The position numbers and the translations under genes were made by a program. The notes below the pieces were generated by a model. That model searched no databases. It was not told the origin of the DNA and saw only the letters and a list, made by a program, of their open reading frames with translations. From an uncultured Parabacteroides sp. (lineage in GTDB: Bacteria; Bacteroidota; Bacteroidia; Bacteroidales; Tannerellaceae), in assembly GCA_949296075.1 (NCBI GenBank), contig CASFNG010000003.1, positions 113,419-177,418 of the forward strand: a stretch of 64,000 bases of DNA. The letters are read 5' to 3'. The number at the start of each line of letters is the position of its first letter. The stretch's first letter is position 1. Below are positions 19,423 through 29,019 of this stretch, piece by piece.

Positions 19423-19847
19423 TGTATCGCTATTTTCATTTCCGCGGTCACGATTCTCTCCTCTCCAATCCATATCTCAGCTTCCACTAAGGTCATGCCA
19501 AAAACCTCCTCTTTGACGTGGATCGTTGTGTCCAGAATCTCTCCCACTTTAGGGGTTCGTGCTATATGTAAGCCACTTATCGCCCCAATATAGCCGATTT
19601 TTACGGGCAATCCACTAATAAGATTGAAATAACCAAGCCGTGCCGCACAGGTTTGGGCGATATTCTCGATCAACCCGGTAGCTAACATCCTCTGGCCCGC
19701 CACGAACAAGTTCTTCGAACGAATTGTCAGTCTCGTGCTTGTCGTGCCCTCGTCATAGTGTGTCAACCCGTCTATCAAAATAAACGGGGGACGTTGGGGT
19801 AAGATCTCCAACGGGCTTACATCCAGAAATCGTAAAAATTGAACCAT
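19419..19847 (-). CDS. Hot-dog fold dehydratase-like subunit
   Basis: LPQRPPFILID and GLIENIAQTCAA motifs; start uncertain. Confidence 0.8.
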   Translation of the reverse strand: MVQFLRFLDVSPLEILPQRPPFILIDGLTHYDEGTTSTRLTIRSKNLFVAGQRMLATGLIENIAQTCAARLGYFNLISGLPVKIGYIGAISGLHIARTPKVGEILDTTIHVKEEVFGMTLVEAEIWIGEERIVTAEMKIAIQ

Positions 19848-20686
19848 TGCGTAGGATATTGCTTGATTATACACTCTAATTCCGAAGCGAAACTCTGAGC
19901 GAAAGTTTTGGGATCTTCCCCTCGTAATCGTCGGACATATATCTTATAAGACCTCGTTCCTGTCTTCATGACGAAAACCGCCAGAAGAGGAATCTCCCGT
20001 TGTACCGCCATAACGAATGGACCAAGCGGGAAATTCGCTTTTTCCCCCATAAACATACAGGGGATACATTTTGGGGAGCCAAAGATACGATCGCCAGGCA
20101 TACTGACTATATCCCCATCCCGTAAAGCTTTATTAAGCGCAAATATATGCGACATATCTGACGCCACAGGGATCATGTGGACTTTATGGCCGGAGAACAT
20201 CCGCATACGAGATGCCATTACGACCTCCGTTTCCCCCGAGAACACCAGCGCATAGAAATCCTTATGCTCAGGTCTCAGGGAATAACCTGCCAACTCATAA
20301 TTGCCTACGTGCGAGCTTAACTGAACAAAGCCCGACTTCCCCTCTTCAAGCTCATCAAACAACTCCTGTCCATCCACCTCGATCCGGAACGCATGTCCGG
20401 CATACATGGCAAAACGGTCAATGATTATCTGCCCAAAGCGAAAATGGTTCAAATACACATATCCGAAGGCTTTCAAGGGAGGCATCCCAAGCCGCTTACG
20501 GTAAAAGCGATAACTGGCTAAATATCCTTTATGCCCGAACAACATATAGAAGGGGATCATCCACCCCATGCACCAATAAGGTACATATAAAGAGGTATGG
20601 CGGAACCAACGAATCAGCGCCCGCTGCATCCAAGGTGTACCGCCTGTCGTCCCTTTCCAATTATCATGTTCCAGATCCGGTATCAA
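19817..20686 (-). CDS. LpxL/HtrB-like acyl-ACP-dependent acyltransferase
   Basis: SHVGNYE, MPGDR, YPTQWFNFYDFW C-terminus. Confidence 0.86.
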   Translation of the reverse strand: MIPDLEHDNWKGTTGGTPWMQRALIRWFRHTSLYVPYWCMGWMIPFYMLFGHKGYLASYRFYRKRLGMPPLKAFGYVYLNHFRFGQIIIDRFAMYAGHAFRIEVDGQELFDELEEGKSGFVQLSSHVGNYELAGYSLRPEHKDFYALVFSGETEVVMASRMRMFSGHKVHMIPVASDMSHIFALNKALRDGDIVSMPGDRIFGSPKCIPCMFMGEKANFPLGPFVMAVQREIPLLAVFVMKTGTRSYKIYVRRLRGEDPKTFAQSFASELECIIKQYPTQWFNFYDFWM

Positions 20687-20698
20687 GACTCTCCTATA

Positions 20699-20941
20699 TC
20701 ACTTGACCTTGCTCTCGATATAGTCACAGAATTTGCTGAATGTATCCACATCCTGCATCTCCTCGGGCTTGATCTTGAATCCAAAGTTCTTGTCAACGAT
20801 CACCACGATGTCAACGAAGTCGAGCGAATCAATCCCCATATCGTCCTTCAACTTGGCATCTGGCGTAATCTTTTCCTCCTCGATCTCCAAATCCTCGATC
20901 AAAAAGTTACGTACTTTTTCCTCAATCTCTTGTCTTGTCAT
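20699..20941 (-). CDS. Acyl carrier protein (ACP1)
   Basis: 80 aa, MGIDSLDFVD. Confidence 0.92.
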   Translation of the reverse strand: MTRQEIEEKVRNFLIEDLEIEEEKITPDAKLKDDMGIDSLDFVDIVVIVDKNFGFKIKPEEMQDVDTFSKFCDYIESKVK

Positions 20942-20949
20942 ATCTCATT

Positions 20950-22053
20950 CTATTTAAGTTTGCAAATCAAAATGCTGTGGCCGTGCCCTAATCCATCATG
21001 GATAGATTCGATCGTAAGCCCGGCCGTCTCGATACACTCCCGCATATCCTCTGTATTATACATCTTGCTATTTCCGTTAGCTATAGCAGCGAAGTATAAC
21101 GATGTCATCGTAAGCGCCATAGCGGCAGGCTCATACTTCTGGCGATCCCATAATGTCTCCATGATGTAAAGCCGGGTATCCTTATCCATGACCTCGGATG
21201 CCCGGCGCAAGATACTGACTATTTCCCGCATACTAAAGCAATCAAGAAATTGGCTCATCCAAATCGCGTCCACTTTCTGATCCGAGGGGAAACGTTGCCG
21301 CTCATCCAGCAAGTTAATTCCATAACCATCGATTCGCTCCGCTCCAGCCTTATCTTCTACTTGTCGCGTCATCATCTCAATCTGCTGGGGCAAATCAAGT
21401 ATCCTCACTCGCACATCCTTGTCATAATTCACGCAAAGTAACGCCCATTTACCGGTATTCCCGCCTATGTCAAACAGTAATCTTGGTTTTCTCGTATCAA
21501 AAACAATACGCAAAGCCTGCTCAAACGAGTGATCACTATAAAAATGGTCGAATGCGAACCAGGACTTTTGCACCTGTTCTGGCAACGAAGATAGCCCCTC
21601 ATATACAGTCGGCCATGTACCAAAATGCTTGAGCCCTTCCGGTTTCCCGTTAAGGAATGACTCCTCTAAACGAAACCATCCCTCATAATTTACGTCATGA
21701 TTGAAGTCCATGTCGATCCTTGTGGCAGGATCGATCAGCAAGAACCAGCCCGTCTTAGCCAACTTATAACGATCAGTTTCTGTATCCACAAGAACAGTGC
21801 CAATTGACAAGGAAGCTTCCAAAAGACATTTAACGGCATAATCACTCAAGCCAGTTTTCTCTTGGATCTCATTCCTCTTCAACCCCTCCTCATGCTCTCG
21901 CAGCAATTCCAAGATTCCATATTTCAACATCAGGCGAGTCGCCTGGAATATAGCGGGTCCCCAAGCGATAAATTGCGCTCTTAGTTGCGCTTCGTGAGCC
22001 GACAGCCGCTCCTTTGTATAAGCATTCTGTAAAGAGGGGGAAAGTTCCATCAT
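20950..22053 (-). CDS. SAM-dependent methyltransferase (OMT-like with dimerisation domain)
   Basis: DIGGNTG, LDLPQQ, WMSQFLDCFS. Confidence 0.85.
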   Translation of the reverse strand: MMELSPSLQNAYTKERLSAHEAQLRAQFIAWGPAIFQATRLMLKYGILELLREHEEGLKRNEIQEKTGLSDYAVKCLLEASLSIGTVLVDTETDRYKLAKTGWFLLIDPATRIDMDFNHDVNYEGWFRLEESFLNGKPEGLKHFGTWPTVYEGLSSLPEQVQKSWFAFDHFYSDHSFEQALRIVFDTRKPRLLFDIGGNTGKWALLCVNYDKDVRVRILDLPQQIEMMTRQVEDKAGAERIDGYGINLLDERQRFPSDQKVDAIWMSQFLDCFSMREIVSILRRASEVMDKDTRLYIMETLWDRQKYEPAAMALTMTSLYFAAIANGNSKMYNTEDMRECIETAGLTIESIHDGLGHGHSILICKLK

Positions 22054-22622
22054 TCAAGCGTTTTAAGAAGTCCGTCGGCTAAATATCGATATACGCTGAT
22101 TGCCCGGGCCCTGAACACCGGAGCCATCAGTCCTTTTACTCGCTCAAATTCGAACTCACATACGGTTTCACCAGAAGCATTATCGACGACTTGGATCGTT
22201 CCATTAATCAAGGCACCTCCAGCCTTGCGGCTCATGCCCCAGACCATTCCACCGGCATTACCGACATTCATCAACGCGACATCCACATTCATGGTATATT
22301 CCGCATTGTCAGCCGATTCTGTCACGGTCGCTTTCACATTCGCTCCCTTTTTCTCATTGAAAAATGTGATGAAGCTCTTGTGCGCACGGTCCAGATCGTC
22401 CACGAATTTCTCATACTCAGCCTCACCTTTCGCCCCATAATATACATCCGCGGTCTGGTCACGACGGTCAATAACCGTCTTATGATCGTCTATAACCACA
22501 TGAATGGTCACCTCTTCGCCAAATAAGGATTTATCCCCACTTTTTAATTTGACCGGATTAGCCGCATTCATGGCAACACAAGCCATGAATAATAATGCGA
22601 ATGAAAATAATACTCTTTTCAT
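22050..22622 (-). CDS. Secreted hypothetical protein
   Basis: 190 aa ORF with signal peptide, GTGA/ATGA-type overlap with the methyltransferase. Confidence 0.7.
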   Translation of the reverse strand: MKRVLFSFALLFMACVAMNAANPVKLKSGDKSLFGEEVTIHVVIDDHKTVIDRRDQTADVYYGAKGEAEYEKFVDDLDRAHKSFITFFNEKKGANVKATVTESADNAEYTMNVDVALMNVGNAGGMVWGMSRKAGGALINGTIQVVDNASGETVCEFEFERVKGLMAPVFRARAISVYRYLADGLLKTLE

Positions 22623-22634
22623 GACCCTGTGTTT

Positions 22635-23861
22635 TTACTGAATGGATTTAATAATTAAAGCGCTATTTGTCCCACCAAAACCGAAACTGTTACTTAAGAC
22701 CGTATTTACGGTCGTATCTACCGTCTTTGGCGTGATATTCAATCGATCCGCATATTCATCCGGATGCTCTAAATTGATGTTCGGGGCGACAAAATTGTGA
22801 CGCATCATGATTAGGGAATAGACAATCTCACTGGCTCCCGCCATCCAACACTCGTGCCCGGTCATTGATTTTGTGGAACTAATCAAGGCATGCTTCCCTT
22901 CAAACAATCGGGCCAAGGCCTTTGCCTCATACCAATCTCCTTGCGGAGTAGATGTGGCGTGCGCATTCACGTAATCAATGTCATCCGGTGTCATTCCTGC
23001 ATCATTCAACGCACGGGTCATCGCGATAAAGCAACCTTCATCACTTGGCTGGGAGATGCCTCCTCCATTACTGGAGAAACCATAGCCTACCACTTCCCCC
23101 AATATATTAGCCCCTCTCGCCTTCGCGTGCTCATATTCCTCCAGCATAAGAGCCGCCGCCCCGCCGCTCGGGATCAATCCATCCCTATCTTTATCAAACG
23201 GACGACTGGCCTTAGTAGGCTCATCCATACGAACCGAGAATGCCCGAAGCGCATCAAACGAGGCCATCGAATAGTAATTGGTCTCTTGGGCGCCACCACA
23301 CAAGATCATATCCTGCAACCCCTGCTTAATGAGCATATATCCGATCCCGATCGAATGACTACCGCTGGCACATGCCGCGCTAATCGTGAAATTAACACCT
23401 CGGAGACCGAATATCGTACATAAGTTCATATTTACGGTTGAGTTCATCGACTGGAACACCAGCCCATAGCCCAACATTTGCGTATCATGTTTCTCGTCCA
23501 TGATCTTGGACGACTCAACCACCGGCTTCGCTGATGAGTCATTGCCAAATATGCAACCCACCTCATTTCGTGACAGATATTCCTTGTCCACCTGAGCCAT
23601 ATCGAGAGCTTGCCGGCTTGCCATATATGCGTATTCCGCCTCTTCCGACATTCCGGCACGGGTATGCCGATCCAAGTCTTTCTTGGTAATCACAGGCTTT
23701 TCCACCATGCCACAAAGTCCGGAGCGGTAACCGTATCCAATCCGTTCCGTATCCAGACCGATCCCCGATTTTCCATTATAAAGAGCCTCTTTCACGCTCT
23801 CAATATCGGTTCCCAAGCACGACCAAATACCCATGCCTGTTATAACCACTCTTCTTTCCAT
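22635..23861 (-). CDS. FabB/FabF-type beta-ketoacyl-ACP synthase
   Basis: SAACASG, NAHATST, GHECW, SNSFGFGGTN. Confidence 0.92.
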   Translation of the reverse strand: MERRVVITGMGIWSCLGTDIESVKEALYNGKSGIGLDTERIGYGYRSGLCGMVEKPVITKKDLDRHTRAGMSEEAEYAYMASRQALDMAQVDKEYLSRNEVGCIFGNDSSAKPVVESSKIMDEKHDTQMLGYGLVFQSMNSTVNMNLCTIFGLRGVNFTISAACASGSHSIGIGYMLIKQGLQDMILCGGAQETNYYSMASFDALRAFSVRMDEPTKASRPFDKDRDGLIPSGGAAALMLEEYEHAKARGANILGEVVGYGFSSNGGGISQPSDEGCFIAMTRALNDAGMTPDDIDYVNAHATSTPQGDWYEAKALARLFEGKHALISSTKSMTGHECWMAGASEIVYSLIMMRHNFVAPNINLEHPDEYADRLNITPKTVDTTVNTVLSNSFGFGGTNSALIIKSIQ

Positions 23862-23872
23862 CTTATCGTCGA

Positions 23873-24604
23873 TTAGGTATATAACCCTCCATTGATCGAG
23901 ATCACCTCCCCCGTGATATAGCTTGCCTCATCAGACAACAGGAAGCCAACCAAAGAGGCCACCTCCTCCGGTTTCCCGAAGCGTCTCATGGGTATCATCT
24001 CGCTCAACTCCTTTTGTGGCAAATCTTGGGTCATGTCGGTTTCGATAAAGCCCGGGGCCACCGCGTTAACCGTCACGCTGCGTGCGGCGGTCTCTTGCGC
24101 CAATGCCTTTGTCGCCCCGATAAGCGCCGCTTTCGCCGCGCTATAATTCGTCTGGCCGGGCATTCCTTTCAAGCCGGATAAGGATGCCATGTTCACGATC
24201 CTTCCCCCGTGCTTACGCATCATCATCTTGGGTAACAAACGCTGGGTCACGTAAAAAAATCCATTCAGCGTGACATCAAGGACATTATGCCAATCCTGTT
24301 CCGGCATCATGAACATCATCCCATCTTTACGGATACCCGCATTATTTACCAAGTATGCGATATAATCTTCCGGATGTGTGGCTTCCCATTGATCGAGAGC
24401 CGCATCCACCTCTTCCTTGGCACTTACGTTAAAAGGGAGCAGCTCCGCTGATACGCCTGCTGCCTCCACCAACTCTTTCACCTCGTTGGCGGCAGCCATA
24501 TTTGATTGATAATTGATGATTACCGGCACTCCCATCTGGGCCAATTTCAAGCAGACCGCCCTTCCCAATCCGCGCGATCCACCTGTTACAAGCGCATATT
24601 TCAT
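23873..24604 (-). CDS. fabG: 3-oxoacyl-ACP reductase
   Basis: TGGSRGLG, NNAG, YSAAK, PGFIETDM. Confidence 0.92.
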   Translation of the reverse strand: MKYALVTGGSRGLGRAVCLKLAQMGVPVIINYQSNMAAANEVKELVEAAGVSAELLPFNVSAKEEVDAALDQWEATHPEDYIAYLVNNAGIRKDGMMFMMPEQDWHNVLDVTLNGFFYVTQRLLPKMMMRKHGGRIVNMASLSGLKGMPGQTNYSAAKAALIGATKALAQETAARSVTVNAVAPGFIETDMTQDLPQKELSEMIPMRRFGKPEEVASLVGFLLSDEASYITGEVISINGGLYT

Positions 24605-24852
24605 GTCTTTACACTTTATCCATCGTTCCCCTTATGGACTTTCTCTTATTAGATCCAGCCATCCACGGCACGAAAAGACGGGGAAACGTCTTTTTTAAGG
24701 ATACATCTTTTTCATACCGTGGTACCAAAGTTCTCTGTTACGTGCCGATTTGCCTCGCGAGCAAGAGACCCAAGCACGAATTGAAAAACAAGGATAGTTC
24801 AATCCAAAGGCAAAACATCTATTTGCCCTTGACACCATCGTTTTTCACTTTG

Positions 24853-24860
24853 CAAAAATA
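24853..24860 (-). promoter_or_regulatory. Candidate -7 promoter element for the BGC
   Basis: TATTTTTG (TAnnTTTG) ~250 nt upstream of fabG; no well-spaced -33 TTTG. Confidence 0.5.
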
Positions 24861-24981
24861 CCAAATAAGTTGAAAAAGGGAAAAATATATCTCAAAATAT
24901 ATGCTATGGACTAAGAAAATCAAGCAGTATATAGATATGGATCCGGGAGGTTACAATTAAGGAATACCCCTATCCGGGAAG

Positions 24982-25065
24982 TACGCAGGATGAGACTTGA
25001 ACTCACACGCCGTAACCGGCACTACCCCCTCAAAGTAGCGTGTCTACCAATTCCACCACCTGCGC
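24982..25065 (-). tRNA. tRNA-Leu(GAG)
   Basis: GCGCAGG acceptor stem, CTACT-TTGAGGG-GGTAG anticodon arm, long variable arm, GTTCAAGTC T loop. Confidence 0.95.
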
Positions 25066-25084
25066 ATTTGAGATTTAGGAGAGG

Positions 25085-25168
25085 TGCCCAGAACAGGACT
25101 CGAACCTGCACGATCGCAAAACCACTCGCACCTGAAACGAGCGCGTCTACCAATTCCGCCACCTGGGC
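25085..25168 (-). tRNA. tRNA-Leu(CAG)
   Basis: GCCCAGG acceptor stem, CTCGT-TTCAGGT-GCGAG anticodon arm, long variable arm, GGTTCGAGTCC. Confidence 0.95.
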
Positions 25169-25189
25169 AATCAATAAGAGAAAGAAACG

Positions 25190-25262
25190 AGCGGAAGACG
25201 GGACTCGAACCCGCGACCCTAACCTTGGCAAGGTTATGCTCTACCAACTGAGCTACTTCCGC
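25190..25262 (-). tRNA. tRNA-Gly(GCC)
   Basis: GCGGAAGTAGCTCAGTTGGTAGAGC...CTTGCCAAG...GGTTCGAGTCCC. Confidence 0.96.
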
Positions 25263-25293
25263 AAGCGCAACCGTTATTTCCCGATTGCGAGTG

Positions 25294-25324
25294 CAAAGGT
25301 AGCGATTTCATCGAAACCACCAAA
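25294..25324 (-). promoter_or_regulatory. Bacteroidetes sigma-70 promoter of the tRNA operon
   Basis: TTTG-N19-TACCTTTG, exact consensus. Confidence 0.88.
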
Positions 25325-25344
25325 CCTTTGCGGCACTTTTTTTC

Positions 25345-26169
25345 TTATATTTTTTGGATCAGATCGGTAAATACCTGTGTCATAATCGTCGCGGCTTTAT
25401 TCGCCGCGGTGATCACGTCTGCCCCATCATTCACGAAATCATCCGCGAAGTGATACCCCTCATTCGTGATGACCGACATCCCAAACACCCGCATTCTCGC
25501 ATGACGGGCCACGATCACCTCAGGCACCGTACTCATCCCGATCGCGTCTCCCCCTACTTTTCCATAGAACGCATATTCGGAAGGCGTCTCAAAGGAAGGG
25601 CCGGTCAAGCCCACATACACCCCTTTTTTCAAGGGGATCGATCGTTTTTGGGCGATCTCCTCCGCATAGCGGATAAGATCCCGGTCGTAGGCTCTGGTCA
25701 TATCCGGGAAACGAGTACCGAAATCTTCATTATTCGGGCCGATTAAAGGGTTAGGCATCATGTTGATATGATCCCGGATGATCATCAGGTCTCCTACCTT
25801 GAAGGTTGTATTGATTCCTCCGGCGGCATTCGAGACGAGCAGGTTCTCCACTCCCAACAGGCGCATCACCCGCACGGGGAAGGTCACTTGCAGCATACTA
25901 TATCCCTCATAATAATGGAATCGTCCCTGCATAGCCAAAATCCATTTACCGCCTAACCTGCCGCAAACAAAGTTTCCTTTATGCCCCGTCGCGGTAGAAC
26001 GGACAAAATGGGGAATATCCGCGTAAGGGATCACGACCGGGTCTTCTATTTGATCTGCCAACGTCCCTAACCCACTTCCTAAGATAACCCCGGTTTTCGG
26101 GGATCCTTGGATCCGTTCAGCTATATACGAGGCTGCCTCCTGATAATCTCCTGTCTGAAAGATCTCCAT
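25345..26169 (-). CDS. punA: Purine nucleoside phosphorylase (trimeric, 6-oxopurine type)
   Basis: [36 protein letters not shown]. Confidence 0.92.
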   Translation of the reverse strand: MEIFQTGDYQEAASYIAERIQGSPKTGVILGSGLGTLADQIEDPVVIPYADIPHFVRSTATGHKGNFVCGRLGGKWILAMQGRFHYYEGYSMLQVTFPVRVMRLLGVENLLVSNAAGGINTTFKVGDLMIIRDHINMMPNPLIGPNNEDFGTRFPDMTRAYDRDLIRYAEEIAQKRSIPLKKGVYVGLTGPSFETPSEYAFYGKVGGDAIGMSTVPEVIVARHARMRVFGMSVITNEGYHFADDFVNDGADVITAANKAATIMTQVFTDLIQKI

Positions 26170-26184
26170 CTTAACTGCTTATTA

Positions 26185-27441
26185 TTAACGTTTCACTAAA
26201 TTATAGGCGATCTCCGCCGCCCGTTCCATGATCTCATCTTCCCCCGGGACCTGTCGGTTCTCCATCAGGATCTTCCCGTCGCAGATCACCGTATCCACAC
26301 AACTCCCGTTGGCGGCATAGACCAGATTCGACACCCAATTGAAATTTGGGGTAAATACGGGCGTATGTGTGTCAATCAGGCAAAGATCCGCTAAATACCC
26401 CTCTTGGATCCGACCGGTCTTCAGTTCCAAAATCGAGGCTCCCACCTCGGTAGCCGCCCGAAGCATCTCGTCGGCGGTCAGGGCCTCCGGATCACTACGC
26501 CAGGCTTTACCTATCAAGGAGGCTAACTTCATCGCCTCGACCATATCCAAATTATTGGACGAGGAACAACCATCCGTACCCAAGCCTACCGAAACGCCTG
26601 CCTCTCGCATTTCCTTGAACTTAAATCGGTATCCCGAAGCGAGTTTCATGTTGGACGCAGGGTTATGGACAACCTTTACGCCGTGATCCGCCAACATATG
26701 GATCTCTTCGTCGTCGATATACAGTCCGTGCGCTACGATCAAATGGGGAGACAAGACGCCTAATCGATATAAATAACGTACGGGTGATAATCCGAGGCGC
26801 TTGATTGAGTCGTCCACCTCTCCTCGCGTTTCCGCCAAATGGAGATGGATGGGCACATCATGCTCTACCGCGAACTGATGGCACCAGCGTAATAAATCAC
26901 CGGACACCGTATAAATGGCGTGGGGGCCTAAGGCATATCGGATCCGCTCGCCATAAGAGGCTACCTCCCGAATCAACCGTTCATTATGCCGCTTGCTCCG
27001 CTCCGCCTGCTCCGGCGAGAAATGGTCGAAGCAGACACCCGCTATCACGCCACGCAGTCCCATCTCCTCGGTAGCTTCCGCTGTCCCGTGGAAATGATGA
27101 TACATATCCAAGAAAGTGGTCGTGCCGCTCTTTATCATCTCCAAGCAGGCCAGTTTCGTACCCCAATACACATCTTCCCGTGTCATCTTCGCCTCGTTGG
27201 GCCAGATCTTTTGTTCTAACCAAGGCCTGAGGGGCATATCGTCCCCAAATCCCCGGAACAGGGTCATGGCAGCGTGCGTATGCCCGTTTATCAATCCGGG
27301 CATGATGATCTTGCGATGGCCATCGATCACCTTATCGGCGGGAAGGGAAAGCCTCTCCCCGATCCGCCGGATCCTGTTTCCCTCGATGTAAACATCCGTT
27401 ATCCGTCCCTCTAAGCCTACACCTCGAATCAAGATACTCAT
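26185..27441 (-). CDS. MtaD-like amidohydrolase (methylthioadenosine/SAH deaminase family)
   Basis: NGHTH, PHAIYT, HLHLAET, HNPASNMKLASG, GTDG; start at MSILIRG. Confidence 0.82.
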   Translation of the reverse strand: MSILIRGVGLEGRITDVYIEGNRIRRIGERLSLPADKVIDGHRKIIMPGLINGHTHAAMTLFRGFGDDMPLRPWLEQKIWPNEAKMTREDVYWGTKLACLEMIKSGTTTFLDMYHHFHGTAEATEEMGLRGVIAGVCFDHFSPEQAERSKRHNERLIREVASYGERIRYALGPHAIYTVSGDLLRWCHQFAVEHDVPIHLHLAETRGEVDDSIKRLGLSPVRYLYRLGVLSPHLIVAHGLYIDDEEIHMLADHGVKVVHNPASNMKLASGYRFKFKEMREAGVSVGLGTDGCSSSNNLDMVEAMKLASLIGKAWRSDPEALTADEMLRAATEVGASILELKTGRIQEGYLADLCLIDTHTPVFTPNFNWVSNLVYAANGSCVDTVICDGKILMENRQVPGEDEIMERAAEIAYNLVKR

Positions 27442-27454
27442 CGTCTTGCTTTCC

Positions 27455-28810
27455 TTATTTGTAGAAGCGATAGAATTCCGCCACCGACTCGATGCCCTTG
27501 AAGAAAATATCCAATTCATGGCTCTCGTTAGGCGAATGAATGGCATTCTGCTCCAATCCGAAGCCCATCAAGACGGTCTTGACCCCTAATACCTGCTCGA
27601 AGGTGGAGATAATAGGAATACTCCCGCCCCGGCGAACCGCAAGCGGCTTCTTCCCGAACGCGATCCCCATCGCCTTTTCCGCCGCCTGATAAGCCGGCAA
27701 GTCGATCGGGCAGACATAACCTTGCCCGCCATGCGTAGGCCGTACCTTCACCTTCACGTAAGGGGGTGTTACCCGGGCGATATACTCCTCGAATAACCGG
27801 GAGATCTTCGCGTAATCCTGGTGAGGAACCAAACGGGTGGACACCTTCGCGTAGGCCTTCGATGGCAATACCGTCTTGCTGCCCTCGCCGGTATATCCGC
27901 CCCAGATACCGCAAATATCGAATGAGGGACGGCAACTATTCCGTTCCAGCGTGGCATAGCCTTTCTCCCCGAACAGGGCGTCCACACCGATCGCCCGCTT
28001 GTATTTCTCCTCGTCGAAAGGTATCCGGGCGATCATCTCGCGCTCCGCGGGAGATACCTCCTCCACGTCCTCATAAAATCCGGGGATCGTGATCCGCCCG
28101 TCCGCGTCGGTAATATCAGCCATCAGCTTGCAAAGCACATTGATCGGGTTAGCGACTGCCCCACCGAAATGACCGGAATGCAGATCCCGGTTCGGCCCGG
28201 TCACCTCGATCTCCCAATAGGCCAACCCGCGCAACCCGGTCGTCAGCGACGGGGTCTCAGCGCTAACCATGCTCGTGTCGGATACCAAGATCACATCCGA
28301 CTTCAACAGCTCCTTATGCGTCTCGCAGAACTCCTCCAAGCTGGGAGAGCCGATCTCCTCCTCGCCCTCGAAAATAAATTTCACGTTACAATCCAGCAGC
28401 CCCTCCTTGATAGCGGTCTCGAAGCCTTTCACCTGGATCATGCCTTGCCCCTTGTCATCATCCGCGCCCCGGGCCCAGATACGCCCGTCTCGGATCTCCG
28501 GCTCGAAAGGATCGCTTTTCCACAGCTCCAACGGTTCGGCAGGCATCACGTCGTAATGGGCATACACCAAAACGGTAGGCTTATCCGGCGAGACAATCCT
28601 CTCCGCGTATACGACTGGGTTCCCCTTCGTGGGAATCACCTCCGCCCTGTCGGCCCCGGAAGAGACCAAGATCTCCGTCCACCGCTTGGCACAAGCCAGC
28701 ATATCCGCTTTATGCTCATGCTTGGCGCTGATAGACGGGATACGTATCAAGGAGAACAACTCCTCTAAGAAACGATCCTTATTGGATTCGATATAAGATT
28801 TTACTGACAT
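27455..28810 (-). CDS. M20 family dipeptidase
   Basis: YAHYDVMP, RGADDDKGQ, EGEEEIGS, DLHSG, HSPNE. Confidence 0.92.
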   Translation of the reverse strand: MSVKSYIESNKDRFLEELFSLIRIPSISAKHEHKADMLACAKRWTEILVSSGADRAEVIPTKGNPVVYAERIVSPDKPTVLVYAHYDVMPAEPLELWKSDPFEPEIRDGRIWARGADDDKGQGMIQVKGFETAIKEGLLDCNVKFIFEGEEEIGSPSLEEFCETHKELLKSDVILVSDTSMVSAETPSLTTGLRGLAYWEIEVTGPNRDLHSGHFGGAVANPINVLCKLMADITDADGRITIPGFYEDVEEVSPAEREMIARIPFDEEKYKRAIGVDALFGEKGYATLERNSCRPSFDICGIWGGYTGEGSKTVLPSKAYAKVSTRLVPHQDYAKISRLFEEYIARVTPPYVKVKVRPTHGGQGYVCPIDLPAYQAAEKAMGIAFGKKPLAVRRGGSIPIISTFEQVLGVKTVLMGFGLEQNAIHSPNESHELDIFFKGIESVAEFYRFYK

Positions 28811-29019
28811 AATAATTAGGTTTAATCGGTTTGACAAATCGAATGAGCGAATATAGTGAAAGCCGATAGCCTTGCAAAAGGGTGCTTGTCCGATTTCGCA
28901 TGGCAGAGGCGTATCTTATCCTCGACTATTGCGCCAAAGATAATGAAACTTATCCGGATTCTAAAGGTGTTTTCAAGGATCCCTTTTATTATGTAGTTTC
29001 GCGTTATAAAGTCTTTATC

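Noticed and set aside
24990-25370. ORFs of 67-126 aa across the tRNA cluster
   Set aside because: They overlap three clear tRNA genes.
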